A stretch of 64,000 nt of DNA, taken from the NCBI GenBank assembly GCA_937902425.1, contig CALFNB010000065.1:3167-67166 (forward strand). Reading direction: 5' to 3'. This stretch comes from an uncultured Acetobacteraceae bacterium. GTDB lineage: Bacteria > Pseudomonadota > Alphaproteobacteria > Acetobacterales > Acetobacteraceae. Under the pieces are notes generated by a model, which was not told the DNA's origin, ran no database searches, and saw only the letters and a program-made list of their open reading frames with translations. Of the stretch, positions 17,901 through 27,115 are shown piece after piece (position 1 is the first letter of the stretch; each line of letters opens with the position of its first letter). A program made the position numbers and the translations under genes.

Positions 17901-20694
17901 GCAGCTGGCGGTGGATCTCGTGATCCTGAACGAGCGCGCGTCTTCGTACGTCCAGGATCTGCAGATCGCGCTTGAGACGCTGGCCCGGGCGAGCCGATCG
18001 CCACCGGCGGACGTGGAGCAGCGTCTGGGCCGCGTCTTCGTGCTGCGGGCCGATCTGATCCCGCCGGAAACCCGGGCCTTGCTCGCCTCGGTCGCACGGG
18101 TCGTTCTGGTTGGACAACGCGGATCGCTCGCCGATCAGCTCGATCATATACCGACGCCCAACGAGCCTGCCGCCGCCGAACGTAAAGCCGCGGTGACCCG
18201 CGCGGCGTCCGAACTCGCGACTCCGGCCTTCGCGCGGGCAGTCTCGCGGCAGCCCCTCGAGTTCTTCAACGGGCTCGGCGGTTTCGCTGAAAATGGGCGA
18301 GAATATGTAACGACCCTCGGGCCTGGCCAGTCAACGCCGGCGCCCTGGATCAATGTCATCGCCAACCCGGCTTTCGGCTTCCAGGTGGCGGCCGAAGGCA
18401 GTGGCTACACCTGGTCGGTCAACAGTCGCGAGAACCAGCTCACACCGTGGTCCAACGACCCGGTCAGCGACCGCCCAGGAGAGGCATTTTATGTGCGTGA
18501 CGAGGAGACGGGTGACCTGTGGTGCCCAACGGCATTGCCGATCCGTCGCGACAACGCGACCTATGTTGCGCGGCACGGTTGGGGATACAGCCGTTTCGAG
18601 CACGACGCGTACGGCATCGCGGCCGATCTGCTTCAGTACGTGCCGACTGAAGATCCGATCAAGATTTCTCGCCTCACGCTGATGAATTTGTCGGGCCGCC
18701 CCCGGCGCCTTTCGGTGACCGCTTACGTGGAATGGGTCCTCGGGCCATCGCGGACTGCTTCCGCGGCTTTCGTGTCGACCGAGATCGACCCCGCGACGGG
18801 CGCGATGTTTGCCCGTAATCCATGGCACGCGGCGTTCGCATCGCGCGTTGCCTTCGCCGATCTCGCTGGCCGCCAGACGGACTGGACCGGCGACCGGCGC
18901 GAGTTCATCGGCCGCGATGGAACACTGGAAAGTCCAATGGCACTCCGCCGGGGAACCGGTGGCGGGGGGACCCTCAACACGGGTGCGCCACTGTCCAACC
19001 GCGTGGGCGCGGGTCTCGATCCCTGTGGCGCGCTGCGGACAACGCTCGTGCTGCCACCGGGTGGCGCCGCCGAGATCGTGTTTCTCCTCGGTGAGGCCGC
19101 GAGCGCGATGGATGCGCACGACGTGATTTCCCGCTACCGCACGGAGGACCTTGACGCCGTGCTTTCGAATGTCGGTCGGTTCTGGGACGGTGTCCTGGGG
19201 GCGGTTCAGGTGAAGACCCCCGACCGGGCGATGGACATCATGCTGAACGGCTGGCTGCTGTATCAGACGCTGGTTTGCCGCGTCTGGGCACGCTCGGGGT
19301 TTTACCAATCGAGCGGTGCATATGGCTTTCGCGACCAGTTGCAGGACTGCATGGCGCTGGCCGCCGCGCTGCCGGCGATCACGCGTGAGCATCTGCCGCG
19401 GGCCGCGGCGCGGCAATTCGTGGAGGGTGACGTCCAGCATTGGTGGTTGCCGCATTCGGGTCAGGGTGTGCGCACGCGGATCTCCGACGATCGGGCATGG
19501 CTGGCTTATGCCGTCGCCCATTACGTCAGCGCCACGGGAGATGCCGCCGTGCTGGACCATCCGGTTCCGTTCCTGGAAGGCCAGCTCCTGCGAATGGGGG
19601 AGCACGACAGCTTCTTCCATCCGACAATCTCCGATGAAGTCGGGACTTTGTTCGAGCACTGCGCGCGGGCCCTCGATGCCAGCCTCGCGACTGGCGTTCA
19701 TGGACTGCCGCTGATGGGCACCGGCGACTGGAACGACGGCATGAACCGCGTCGGCGAACTTGGTCAGGGCGAGAGTGTCTGGCTCGGCTGGCTGCTTCAC
19801 GCGGCGCTCAGCGAATTCGCCCCGCTCGCCGACCTGCGCCAGGAGACGTCCCGCGCCGCGACCTGGCGAGCCCATGCCGATGCGTTGCGAGCCTCGCTCG
19901 AGCAGGAGGCCTGGGATGGCGACTGGTACCGCCGCGCCTGGTTCGACGACGGCACCCCACTTGGGTCGGCATCCGACACCGAATGCCGGATCGATGCGAT
20001 CTCGCAATCCTGGGCTTTGATCTCGGGGGCGGGCGACCGCGCGCGCGCGGCCAAGGCCATGGCGGCGGTCAAGCGCGAACTGATCCGGCCCGACGAACAA
20101 CTGGCGCTGCTGTTCACGCCGCCATTCGATAAGACACCTCACGATCCCGGCTACATCAAAGGCTACCCACCGGGTATCCGCGAAAATGGCGGCCAGTACA
20201 CGCATGCCGCCCTGTGGTCGATCATTGCATTCGCGGTACTGGGTGACGGCGACAACGCCGCCGCGCTGTTCTCCCTGCTCAATCCGATCAACCATGCCCG
20301 CACCCGATCGGACGTGCACCGCTACAAGGTGGAACCTTATGTCGTCGCGGCTGACGTCTACGCGACACCGCCCCATGTCGGCCGTGGTGGCTGGACCTGG
20401 TATACCGGCTCGGGTGGATGGATGCAGCGGGCCGGCGTGGAGAGCATTCTCGGCGCACGGTTCTTTGGGGAATTCCTGGCGCTTGACCCATGCATTCCGA
20501 AGGCCTGGCCGCGCTTCGAGATGACGCTCCGCCACCGCTCCGCGCAATACCAAATCGTGGTCGAAAACCCTGACGGGGTCAGCCGGGGCATCGCGGTCGC
20601 CGAGGTCGATGGGATGGCGATCGCCGAGCGGCCGTTGCGACTGAAACTATCGGATGACGGCGTCATCCATCGTGTCCTGGTCAGGCTCGGCTGA
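11983..20694 (+). CDS. ndvB: Cyclic beta-1,2-glucan synthase (Cgs/NdvB; GT84 + GH94 domains)
   Basis: 2903 aa; EWLVDNYY, GWERKRGK, TLDADT, LSHDLFEG, RWARGDWQ, SWSGSMFEYLMP, GFRDQLQD, GDWNDGMN, ENGGQYTH. Confidence 0.95.
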   Translation: MTLIINRAFGIMNRVFGRGSPVSPWGSGEPIREELFSVERLEEHARSLAVAQQVTPRPTRGHRLAGRLADNAAVLLDAYRSVANAIDERRAITPAAEWLVDNYYLVERQIREIRAALPPGYYRQLPKLANGPFAGYPRVFGVAWAFVAHTDSHFDTEMLCRFVTAYQEVQPLTIGELWAVAITLRIVLVENLRRLAERITQSSTARLEADKLADRLLGVGGRASEPVAAVLARFAGKPLADAFSVQLVHRLRDQDPRITPALLWLDEQLAAHGSSADAAVRDEHQRQGSGAVSVRNIITSMRVISDVDWPDLVERISLVDGVLSAGGSFRDMDFPTRDLYRRAVEELARGANRAELEVARDAVLAERQSACTHGTVEKARRADPGYHLFAGGRRAFEAKIGFRPPLDTLANRLGQRCGISGYVVAVVTVAAILLAIPLFILHSQGAGPEWLSLLTLLGSIPAIDAAVALVNRGITHGFGATLLPALELRGGVPAHLRTVVAVPTLLTTVDAIEEQIERLEIHHLASPEGDLHFALLSDWLDATTEHVEGDAALLEAAVAGVARLNQRYGPAPGGNRFLLLHRKRVWNDGEARWIGWERKRGKLHELNRLLRGATDTSFMNLGEPSRTGPGTMAPGPNVPADVRYVITLDADTRLPRDTVRRLIGKMAHPLNRPGFDPAAGRVVEGYAVLQPRVTPALPVGREGSLFQRVFSGMNGIDPYAAAVSDVYQDLFGEGSYAGKGIYDVDAFEVALAGRVPDSTMLSHDLFEGSFARAGLASDIEVVEDFPTRYDVAAMRHHRWARGDWQLLPWIFGRRPLADTSQSAGQGAAPYGNDARGGVPALGRWKMLDNLRRTASAPACVLSLLAAFALPLPAASVWVGFVLLTILLPSLIPVISAVVPRRAGIVPRSHLGALGTDVKMALAQFILAIAFMAHQAWLMIDAIARTLARLFITHRRLLEWVPAAQVTVGARLDLPGFYRVMAGGVAAGVAALLVAQMFGHGTWPLALPFAGLWIASPALARWTSLSPSTADQIPLSAADADSLRQIARRTWRFFETFVTPADNMLPPDNFQEDPVPAVAHRTSPTNLGLYLLSVATARDFAWLGTIEAVERLEATLTSMGRLARFRGHFFNWYDTVDLRTLDPPYVSTVDSGNLAGHLITLANACREWTVASPTVAQRLGGIADAVNLARAAANQLHDGRRTQTVTWHQLDETLTALEAGLHQADGDNEGLADRLTELAARADTTADVASGFATERGASERGDDTGADMVFWITAVRRTIESHRRDIGQSPVAVIDLAARLASLEAIARATALEMGYGFLLDPDRKLLSIGYQVREGVLDPSCYDLLASEARLASFIAVAKGDVPARHWFHLGRAVTPIANGAALISWSGSMFEYLMPSLVMRAPTGSLIEQTTKLIVRRQIAYGHSLGLPWGVSESAYNARDLEFTYQYSNFGVPGLGLKRGLGDNVVLAPYATALATMVDPRAAARNFAVLASIGARGRYGYYEALDYTPARLPEGETVAIVRAYMAHHQGMTIVAIADALLDGAMRTRFHTEPMVQATELLLQERTPRDVAAVHPWAADARVDGQVREIEPQGGRRFAAAHSPGLATHLLSNGHYAVMLTGAGSGYSRWRGLAVTRWREDATCDDWGSYVFLRDAVTGDVWSAGFQPTAAEPNAYAVAFNEDRAEFSRRDRTLTTSMEVLVSPEDDAEVRRISIANYGVRTREIDVTSYAELVLGRQADDVAHPAFMKLFAVTEYLADQGTILATRRRRSPDEQEIWAAHLAIVDGEVVGRAEVETDRARFLGRGHGVRRPISVIDGRPLSNTVGTVLDPVFALRRRARVAPGATVRIAYWTMVAASREAVLDLVDKHRDISAFERAATLAWTQAQVQLHHLGIDPGEASMFQRVAGHLLHAGPTLRPSSSTILRGGGEQSGLWPMGISGDLPIVLLRIADVENVDLARRLLKAHEYWRMKQLAVDLVILNERASSYVQDLQIALETLARASRSPPADVEQRLGRVFVLRADLIPPETRALLASVARVVLVGQRGSLADQLDHIPTPNEPAAAERKAAVTRAASELATPAFARAVSRQPLEFFNGLGGFAENGREYVTTLGPGQSTPAPWINVIANPAFGFQVAAEGSGYTWSVNSRENQLTPWSNDPVSDRPGEAFYVRDEETGDLWCPTALPIRRDNATYVARHGWGYSRFEHDAYGIAADLLQYVPTEDPIKISRLTLMNLSGRPRRLSVTAYVEWVLGPSRTASAAFVSTEIDPATGAMFARNPWHAAFASRVAFADLAGRQTDWTGDRREFIGRDGTLESPMALRRGTGGGGTLNTGAPLSNRVGAGLDPCGALRTTLVLPPGGAAEIVFLLGEAASAMDAHDVISRYRTEDLDAVLSNVGRFWDGVLGAVQVKTPDRAMDIMLNGWLLYQTLVCRVWARSGFYQSSGAYGFRDQLQDCMALAAALPAITREHLPRAAARQFVEGDVQHWWLPHSGQGVRTRISDDRAWLAYAVAHYVSATGDAAVLDHPVPFLEGQLLRMGEHDSFFHPTISDEVGTLFEHCARALDASLATGVHGLPLMGTGDWNDGMNRVGELGQGESVWLGWLLHAALSEFAPLADLRQETSRAATWRAHADALRASLEQEAWDGDWYRRAWFDDGTPLGSASDTECRIDAISQSWALISGAGDRARAAKAMAAVKRELIRPDEQLALLFTPPFDKTPHDPGYIKGYPPGIRENGGQYTHAALWSIIAFAVLGDGDNAAALFSLLNPINHARTRSDVHRYKVEPYVVAADVYATPPHVGRGGWTWYTGSGGWMQRAGVESILGARFFGEFLALDPCIPKAWPRFEMTLRHRSAQYQIVVENPDGVSRGIAVAEVDGMAIAERPLRLKLSDDGVIHRVLVRLG

Positions 20695-20830
20695 TCTCAA
20701 CGTCATGGACCCGGCCTGATCGGGGATCGCGCTCACCGGCACGGTGCACCGGCGACCCGCGTGAGCCCCTGCGACCGCACGACGTCCTCGGCGGCTGGTG
20801 CCACCGAGGACGTCGTGCGATGGGGGCAAC

Positions 20831-21025
20831 TCAGGGCCGTTGCGAGTTCTGCTGTATCGTGGTGGTGGAGGTGGTCGTCGGTGGTGCCGGCGTTGTCGTC
20901 GTGGTCTGCTCGGAGGTGGTTGTGCGGCTGCTGTTGGGCGCCGGGCCACAGCCCGCCAGGACGGCGGTGCCGACGATCAGTGCCGCGCCTGCCGCGAGAC
21001 GGAAATGCGATGTCTTGGCGATCAT
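20831..21025 (-). CDS. Small Thr-rich lipoprotein
   Basis: AAGGAGGAG SD; signal peptide with lipobox LAGC followed by a Thr/Ser-rich tail. Confidence 0.75.
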   Translation of the reverse strand: MIAKTSHFRLAAGAALIVGTAVLAGCGPAPNSSRTTTSEQTTTTTPAPPTTTSTTTIQQNSQRP

Positions 21026-21173
21026 TGTCTGGCTCCTCCTTGAGGTTCGAGGGATGGTTTTGGCTCGGATCGGACGGCCTGATCGGTTCGTGCGGCGAGC
21101 GACCGTCCGTGGCAGTCGATCCGCTCAATGTACGCCGCACGGGAAGGACCGCGCGGCATCCATCTCGGCGCGA

Positions 21174-21455
21174 TCAGCGGGTGGTGGTGGTTTCAGACGA
21201 TTTCCGCGTCGCCGTCGTATCGCCCGTCGGGGATACGGTGGTGCCGCTTGAATCGGACCGGCTCGTGCCGCTCACCGCGCCGTTGACGTTGGACGTATGC
21301 TGGCTGGTCGTCGAAACCGAGGAATCGGACGGCAGCGGAGCAACAGGCGTTGTTGTCGATTGCGTCGTTGTCGAGCTGGAAGATGAACTTTCCGCGAACG
21401 CGGCGCCGGCCACCAGTGTAACAGCCATCGTCGCCACGAGTAATGTCTTGATCAT
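21174..21455 (-). CDS. Small secreted Ser/Thr-rich protein (93 aa)
   Basis: GGAGAG SD; MIKTLLVATMAVTLVAGAAFA signal peptide; low-complexity mature part. Confidence 0.75.
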   Translation of the reverse strand: MIKTLLVATMAVTLVAGAAFAESSSSSSTTTQSTTTPVAPLPSDSSVSTTSQHTSNVNGAVSGTSRSDSSGTTVSPTGDTTATRKSSETTTTR

Positions 21456-21589
21456 GTCGGTCTCTCCGGGGCAATTGGAGGCCAGCGGGGATCGCTGCGC
21501 TCCGTGCCGGCGATACGTGGCACCTGAGAGGTGCCAAAGGCAGGATCGGAAACTACTCAACCACGATTGTCGTTTTGGAGTACTAACAA

Positions 21590-21859
21590 CTAACCTAAGG
21601 GGCGCGAGCAGGCGGCGTGGTGCGATTCCAGGCTGCAAGGATCGGCAACGACGCGCATTGTCCGGGCACGCGCCAGTTCGCTGTCGGGGCGATGCGCGGT
21701 CACCAGAACGGCGTCGGCTTTCCGCGCGGTCCCGTACCGGAGGACGCTGTCCTTTGTTACGCCGATGCTGGAAAGTGCCGCACCGAGCGCACTGAACCCG
21801 CCAACGACCACAGCGCCTTCGACGGCCCTGGCGACCAGCGTATTGTCTGACATTCGCAT
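21590..21859 (-). pseudogene. C-terminal remnant of a DUF1269/general-stress-type membrane protein
   Basis: EGAVVVGGFSALGAALSSIGVTKDSVLRY..KAD..LVTAH resembles the family C-terminus; N-terminal part is absent. Confidence 0.55.
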
Positions 21860-22031
21860 GACCTCATCATGGACAGGAATGCGACATCCGGCATCCAGCT
21901 GAATGACCGAAGGTGTGCTTCACACAACGTCGCTGGAGGCTTCGGCGCGAATGCATCTCGCCCGATGAAACGATTACTGACTTCCCATGACAGGGATTCC
22001 GTATCCGATACCTCGACGGGTGCGACCCACG

Positions 22032-25000
22032 TCAGGTTCTCGGCGGTGGCTCCGCGGCGACCGCCAATCGCGCAAGCGCCGGAAGCGACTTCGATCCGGT
22101 CCTTTTCATGATCGCCGCCCGGTGATTCTCGACAGTACGCTGACTGATGCCAAGATCGGCGGCGATGTTCTTGCTGGGATGCCCGGAGAGGACCAGATCC
22201 ATGATCTGATGCTGCCGTGTGGTGAGGCCGGCGACGTGGCTCGCCGCATCCTCACGCCAGGCGGCTCGCTTGCCGGCATCCCGCCCCTGGTCAAGCGCGC
22301 GTCTGACACTGGCGGTCAGTTCCTCGCGGCCCACCGGCTTTTCGATGAAGTCCGAGGCCCCCGCCTTCATGGCCTGGACCGCGATGGACACGTCGCCATC
22401 GCCGGTGATCATGATGGCCGGCGGCAGGTGACCCGCGTCCTTTAACCGGCGCAACAAATCGAGCCCGCTCATCCCCGGCAGGTATGCATCGATGATCAGG
22501 CAGGATTCGCGTCCTGGACGCCAGGCTTCGAGGAAAGCCTCACACGACTCGTAATCTTCGACGGCGTGGCCTGCGTCCTCCAGCAGATCGCGAACCCCGT
22601 CGCGCAGGTTGGCGTCGTCATCAACGACAAAGATAACCGGCTCCCCGACAACCGGCTGCCTTGGGCTAATGGTCACCTGCACGGGCGCCTGCCTGGGCGC
22701 CTGCCTGGGCGCCGGCCGCGATACCGGCAGTAGTTCCTTGATCGAGCGCAGCAACTCCTGCGGCTTCACCGGCTTGTTGAGCTTCACGAAGTTTCGCAGC
22801 GCGATATCGCGCAGTGTGCCGGTGGATATGTCACCTGTCAGAATGACGACCGGGATTTCCTGGCGCAGCGCTTCACGGATCTTGGTGGTGGTTTGAATGC
22901 CATTCATTCCGTTCGGCAAATTGAAGTCCGCGAGCAGAAGATCAGGATGAACCGCGCCGCGTGCCACCAGGTCCAGCGCGGTAACGCCATCCGGCGCGGT
23001 CGATGTCCGATAGCCTTCCTCGGCGAGAACAACCGCGAGCAGATCGGACATCTCGGGATCGTCTTCGACGACCAGGATTTCGGCGGCAAGCGAAACGTCG
23101 ACGCCCGGCCGGTCATGCGCGGCGCGGTTCTGGTGTTCGAATACCGCTTCGACCTCAATCGGTTCACGCACGATTTCGATGGCGAACACTGAACCTTTGC
23201 CCAGACGTGAGCCGACCCGAACGCGATGACCCATCAGCTTCCCGAGACGCTGCACGATGGAGAGGCCAAGGCCCAGTCCATGGCTCCTTTCGCGGGCGGC
23301 ATTGTTGAGCTGGTGGTACTCTTCGAAGATCGCCTGAAACTCGTCGTCAGGGATGCCGATCCCGGTGTCCCAGATCTCTATGCTTATCATTTCCTGGTGC
23401 TGGCGGCAGCCAAGCAACACCTTGCCATGCTTGGTATACTTCACCGCGTTCGATAGCAGATTGCGGAGCATCTGTTCCAGCAGACGGATGTCGCTGTGAA
23501 CCATGACGCCACTCCGAACCACGCGCAGGTCAATGCCTTTGCCCCTCGCGTGATAGCCGAACTCATCTTTCATCCGGTCGAACAGATCGTTAATCGGAAA
23601 ATCCATCATTTCGGCGCGCACGGTGCCGGCTTCGATCTGGTTGATGTCCAGCAGCGCATTCAGCATACCCGACATCGCGCTCAGTGCCTGATCCAGCCGC
23701 GTGAGCAACTTGCGCGCGGCTTCGCCCTCGATGACTTTCGTCAAAGACCCTTGCAGCAGTACGAGGGTTTGCAGCGGCTGGCGGAGATCATGGCTGGCCG
23801 CGGCGAGGAAGCGGGATTTCGCGACATTGGCCTGCTCCGCCTGGCGTTGCGCCACGCCCATGGCGTCGGCGGCGTGGGTTCGCACGGTGATGTCGGCGAA
23901 TGTGATGACAACGCCTTCAACCCGATTGTCCTGGGTTCGGTACGGCAACACGCGGCGGACGTACCAGGATCCACTGCGCGCTTCGATCTCTCGCTCGATT
24001 GGCGTCAGGGTTTGCAGGACCGCTCTCGCGTCCGTCAATAACGCCTCATCCGCGGCCAACGACTTAAGATCCGCGAGCGGCCGGCCGATGTCGCCAGGGA
24101 TGACACTGAACAGCGATCGCGTGGCTGGCGTGAAGAACCGGATTTTCAGATTGGAATCAAGAAAGATTGTCGCGACATCGGTGCTGTAAAGCACATTTTG
24201 CAGATCGTTGGCGGTCGTCCGTTGCTTCTCCAGCGTTTCCTGAAGCTGGCTGTTGAGCGCGGTCAACTCCTCATTCAACGACTGCAGTTCTTCTTTCGAC
24301 GTCAGCAGTTCCTCGTTCGTCGATTGGAATTCCTCTTGGACGGATAAAGCTTCTTCGTTGATTGCCCGCTGCTCATCGCTCGATATTTCCAGCGCGCGGA
24401 CGGCGCCCTGAAGCTCGGCGCGCGTGGCTTCGAGTTCCTGTTCGAGTGTGACGGCCTCAGGCGACTCTCCGGTTCTGGCCGAACGGCCTTTCGCGGGCTC
24501 CCGTACCACCTCATTCACGAAGCAGATCAACAGCAGCGCCTCGCCCTCGCTGGTGACCGGCAGGACGTCGATGCTGAACGAAATCGGTTTCCCGTCGTGG
24601 CTGGCCCGGCCGCCGGGAACCACGGTGCGGGCGTTCGCCTGATTGGCCCGCAAGATCGCGGACCTGAGTTTCGTCCGGATGGTCTCGGGCGCCATCGCGA
24701 GCAAATCATGCGTGGCGCCGCCCGGAGCAACCCGTAGATAATGGTCGACCGGTCCCAGCGAATACAGGCATTCAAGCTTGCGATTGACCAGGACAGCAGC
24801 CGGGGCGTGGGTATCCAGCACAAGCTGCTGGCACAACTGCGCCAGCACCGTCTGGCGTGACGGCGCGTGCTCCTTTAACGGCCTCGTGACGGTTCGCCCA
24901 GGGCCAGGCACACGATCTGGTTCCCTCGAGCTGGCTCGCCCGATATGCCGGTAAAGTCGCTCCGGTTTTGAAATCACCTCAAAGACTCCATCGATGTCGC

Positions 25001-26423
25001 CGGCCCTTTCCGAACTGCCAAGCAGCAGAATGCCGCCCTCACGCAAGGCGAAGTGAAACATCGAGATGACCTTCGCCTGCGCATCGGGCCGCAAATAGAT
25101 CAGGAGATTGCGGCATGACACCAGATCGATCCGGGAAAATGGCGGGTCGGTCAGCACGTCCTGCACGGTGAAGACCACCAAAGCGCATAGTTCCGGCGCG
25201 ATCTTGTAGCCATGATCGTCTTTCAGGAAAAAGCGGGCGAGGCGCCTGGGTGACACGTCGGCTTCGATCGCCTCCGGGTACACAGCTTCCCGCGCGCGAG
25301 CGACCGCCTCCGAATCGACATCGGAGGCAAACACCAGCAGCTTCACGTCACTGTTGGCCGCCGTGATTTGCTCCTGGAAGACCATGGCGAGGGAATACGT
25401 CTCCTCGCCGGTGCTGCAACCCGCGACCCAGATACGAATCGGCTGATCGGACGGCCTGCCTCGGATCAGCTCGGGAACGATCTTGTCAGACAACAGATCG
25501 AAGACCTGGGGATCGCGAAAGAAGCTGGTGACGTTGATCAGCAAATCGGTGGCGAGCAGGTTCAATTCGTTCGGATCGCCGCGCAGCATGTCCAAATATC
25601 TATACATATCGTTGGTTTCGATCGCGGCCATCGCCATCCTCCGCTCGATCCGGCGGCGGAGCGTGCCTTCTTTGTACAGCGTGAAATCATGGGTGGTATT
25701 CGCGCGCAGAAGCGCGATGATTTCAGGTAGCCAGTCCGGCACGGCCTCCCCTGCATCTGGGTCGTTCGGAGTGCGCGTCAAGGTGATCCGGCGCGCGTAT
25801 TTGATCAGCGCTTCGGGCATTTTATCGATCGGAAGGACGAAATCCACCGCACCGGTCAGGATCGCGCTACGCGGCATACCATCAAAGCCGGCCTCCTCGG
25901 GATCCTGCGCGATCACGAGGCCGTGGTGTTCCTTGATCGCTTTCAGTCCGAGACTGCCATCGGCACCCGACCCCGACAGCACCACGCAGATGGCGGAAGC
26001 ACCCCGGTCGGCCGCCAGGCTGTGCAGCAGAAAATCGAACGGCAGGCGTGCCCCATGGCGCGCCTGAGGCGCCGAAAGATGCAGTATGCCGCCGGCCACG
26101 GACAAGTATGTTCCAGGCGGGATGATATAAAGATGTTCGCGCGCGATCGGCATCCCGTTGCTGGCCTGAAGTACCGTCATCGGGGTGTGGCTGGCCAGCA
26201 GATCCACCATCATGCTTTCATGCGTTGGATCAAGATGCTGAATCAGGATGAAGGCCATACCGGTCTCCGCCGGCAGCGCCGTCACGAGTTTCTTGCAGGC
26301 CTCGAGGCCGCCCGCCGACGCGCCGATGCCCACGATCGGGAAGCTTATCGTTGCGTCCACCCGGCCGCGCGAAGGTCGTGAACGGTGCGCTGTTTTTGTC
26401 GGAAGGGAGTGACTTTTGGACAT
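22032..26423 (-). CDS. Hybrid CheB-CheR-PAS-histidine kinase-REC-REC-LuxR HTH protein
   Basis: CheB GASAGG/QHLDP/GSGADG; CheR VTSFFRD, AGCSTGEE, SCRNLLIY; coiled coil NEEL repeats; H-box ASHDLRQP, NAVKY, DTGIG, GLGLGL; two receivers; FixJ-like HTH QRTVENHR. Confidence 0.93.
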   Translation of the reverse strand: MSKSHSLPTKTAHRSRPSRGRVDATISFPIVGIGASAGGLEACKKLVTALPAETGMAFILIQHLDPTHESMMVDLLASHTPMTVLQASNGMPIAREHLYIIPPGTYLSVAGGILHLSAPQARHGARLPFDFLLHSLAADRGASAICVVLSGSGADGSLGLKAIKEHHGLVIAQDPEEAGFDGMPRSAILTGAVDFVLPIDKMPEALIKYARRITLTRTPNDPDAGEAVPDWLPEIIALLRANTTHDFTLYKEGTLRRRIERRMAMAAIETNDMYRYLDMLRGDPNELNLLATDLLINVTSFFRDPQVFDLLSDKIVPELIRGRPSDQPIRIWVAGCSTGEETYSLAMVFQEQITAANSDVKLLVFASDVDSEAVARAREAVYPEAIEADVSPRRLARFFLKDDHGYKIAPELCALVVFTVQDVLTDPPFSRIDLVSCRNLLIYLRPDAQAKVISMFHFALREGGILLLGSSERAGDIDGVFEVISKPERLYRHIGRASSREPDRVPGPGRTVTRPLKEHAPSRQTVLAQLCQQLVLDTHAPAAVLVNRKLECLYSLGPVDHYLRVAPGGATHDLLAMAPETIRTKLRSAILRANQANARTVVPGGRASHDGKPISFSIDVLPVTSEGEALLLICFVNEVVREPAKGRSARTGESPEAVTLEQELEATRAELQGAVRALEISSDEQRAINEEALSVQEEFQSTNEELLTSKEELQSLNEELTALNSQLQETLEKQRTTANDLQNVLYSTDVATIFLDSNLKIRFFTPATRSLFSVIPGDIGRPLADLKSLAADEALLTDARAVLQTLTPIEREIEARSGSWYVRRVLPYRTQDNRVEGVVITFADITVRTHAADAMGVAQRQAEQANVAKSRFLAAASHDLRQPLQTLVLLQGSLTKVIEGEAARKLLTRLDQALSAMSGMLNALLDINQIEAGTVRAEMMDFPINDLFDRMKDEFGYHARGKGIDLRVVRSGVMVHSDIRLLEQMLRNLLSNAVKYTKHGKVLLGCRQHQEMISIEIWDTGIGIPDDEFQAIFEEYHQLNNAARERSHGLGLGLSIVQRLGKLMGHRVRVGSRLGKGSVFAIEIVREPIEVEAVFEHQNRAAHDRPGVDVSLAAEILVVEDDPEMSDLLAVVLAEEGYRTSTAPDGVTALDLVARGAVHPDLLLADFNLPNGMNGIQTTTKIREALRQEIPVVILTGDISTGTLRDIALRNFVKLNKPVKPQELLRSIKELLPVSRPAPRQAPRQAPVQVTISPRQPVVGEPVIFVVDDDANLRDGVRDLLEDAGHAVEDYESCEAFLEAWRPGRESCLIIDAYLPGMSGLDLLRRLKDAGHLPPAIMITGDGDVSIAVQAMKAGASDFIEKPVGREELTASVRRALDQGRDAGKRAAWREDAASHVAGLTTRQHQIMDLVLSGHPSKNIAADLGISQRTVENHRAAIMKRTGSKSLPALARLAVAAEPPPRT

Positions 26424-26974
26424 TTGGAATCGACCTCAGGAGCATTGGCTGCTCGCCGAAACCCTTGAATGACATGATTTTTCATCTGTGTCGATGTGCC
26501 ATTCGCCATACGTCATTCGTGGGGCCGTAACCGCCTCCGGCATAGGTAGATTCCGAGGCTGTTCGGGGTAAGCGCCGGTCAACTACTTTCGAAGTGCCAC
26601 AAGTTTCGCCGGTAACTCCGGCATCGGAAGCTTCTCGTGGCCGCCCTCCCCTGGGCGACGTCCCCCTCCTGAACTGATGCCCTGGCCTCACGGCCAGGGT
26701 CTTTTTTGGTCGTGCGCCTGATCGTGGAAGCGGTGAACTCGCTCACATTGTCCCGGGCGCGATAAACGGCGTCTCTGGCTGAGTAGTTTCCGAGTCTGCT
26801 CATAGGCTTCTTCGGCCTGCTATGGTCAGCAATACCGGCTTACGGATCGCGGCGGGGCATCCGGTCTCTTGAACTGCCTTGACTGACGAATCACAGTCGC
26901 CGGCCCGACGGCGGAGCGCCGACGCACAGCGCGGGAAAGCATGCGCCGTGAGCGTCTGAACAATCAGGAGAACT

Positions 26975-27115
26975 ATGATGGCAAAAGGTCGCGGCGGACG
27001 AAAGCGGGAAGCGAAGAAGCCGAAGGGTGGCAATAAGCCGCTCCAAACCGGCACGACATTTCTGCCCGCGCAACCGTCAGGTGCGAAGCCGCCGGTAAAG
27101 GAAAGCCGCAAATAA
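26975..27115 (+). CDS. Small basic protein (46 aa), below the ORF-track cutoff
   Basis: AGGAG SD; MMAKGRGGRKREAKKPKGGNKPLQTGTTFLPAQPSGAKPPVKESRK. Confidence 0.65.
   Translation: MMAKGRGGRKREAKKPKGGNKPLQTGTTFLPAQPSGAKPPVKESRK

Noticed and set aside
12273-20553. Long alternative-frame and antisense ORFs inside cgs (also inside mgtA, groEL, xdh, the PPDK-like gene and IDH)
   Set aside because: Shadow ORFs expected from high-GC codon bias; no recognisable motifs.
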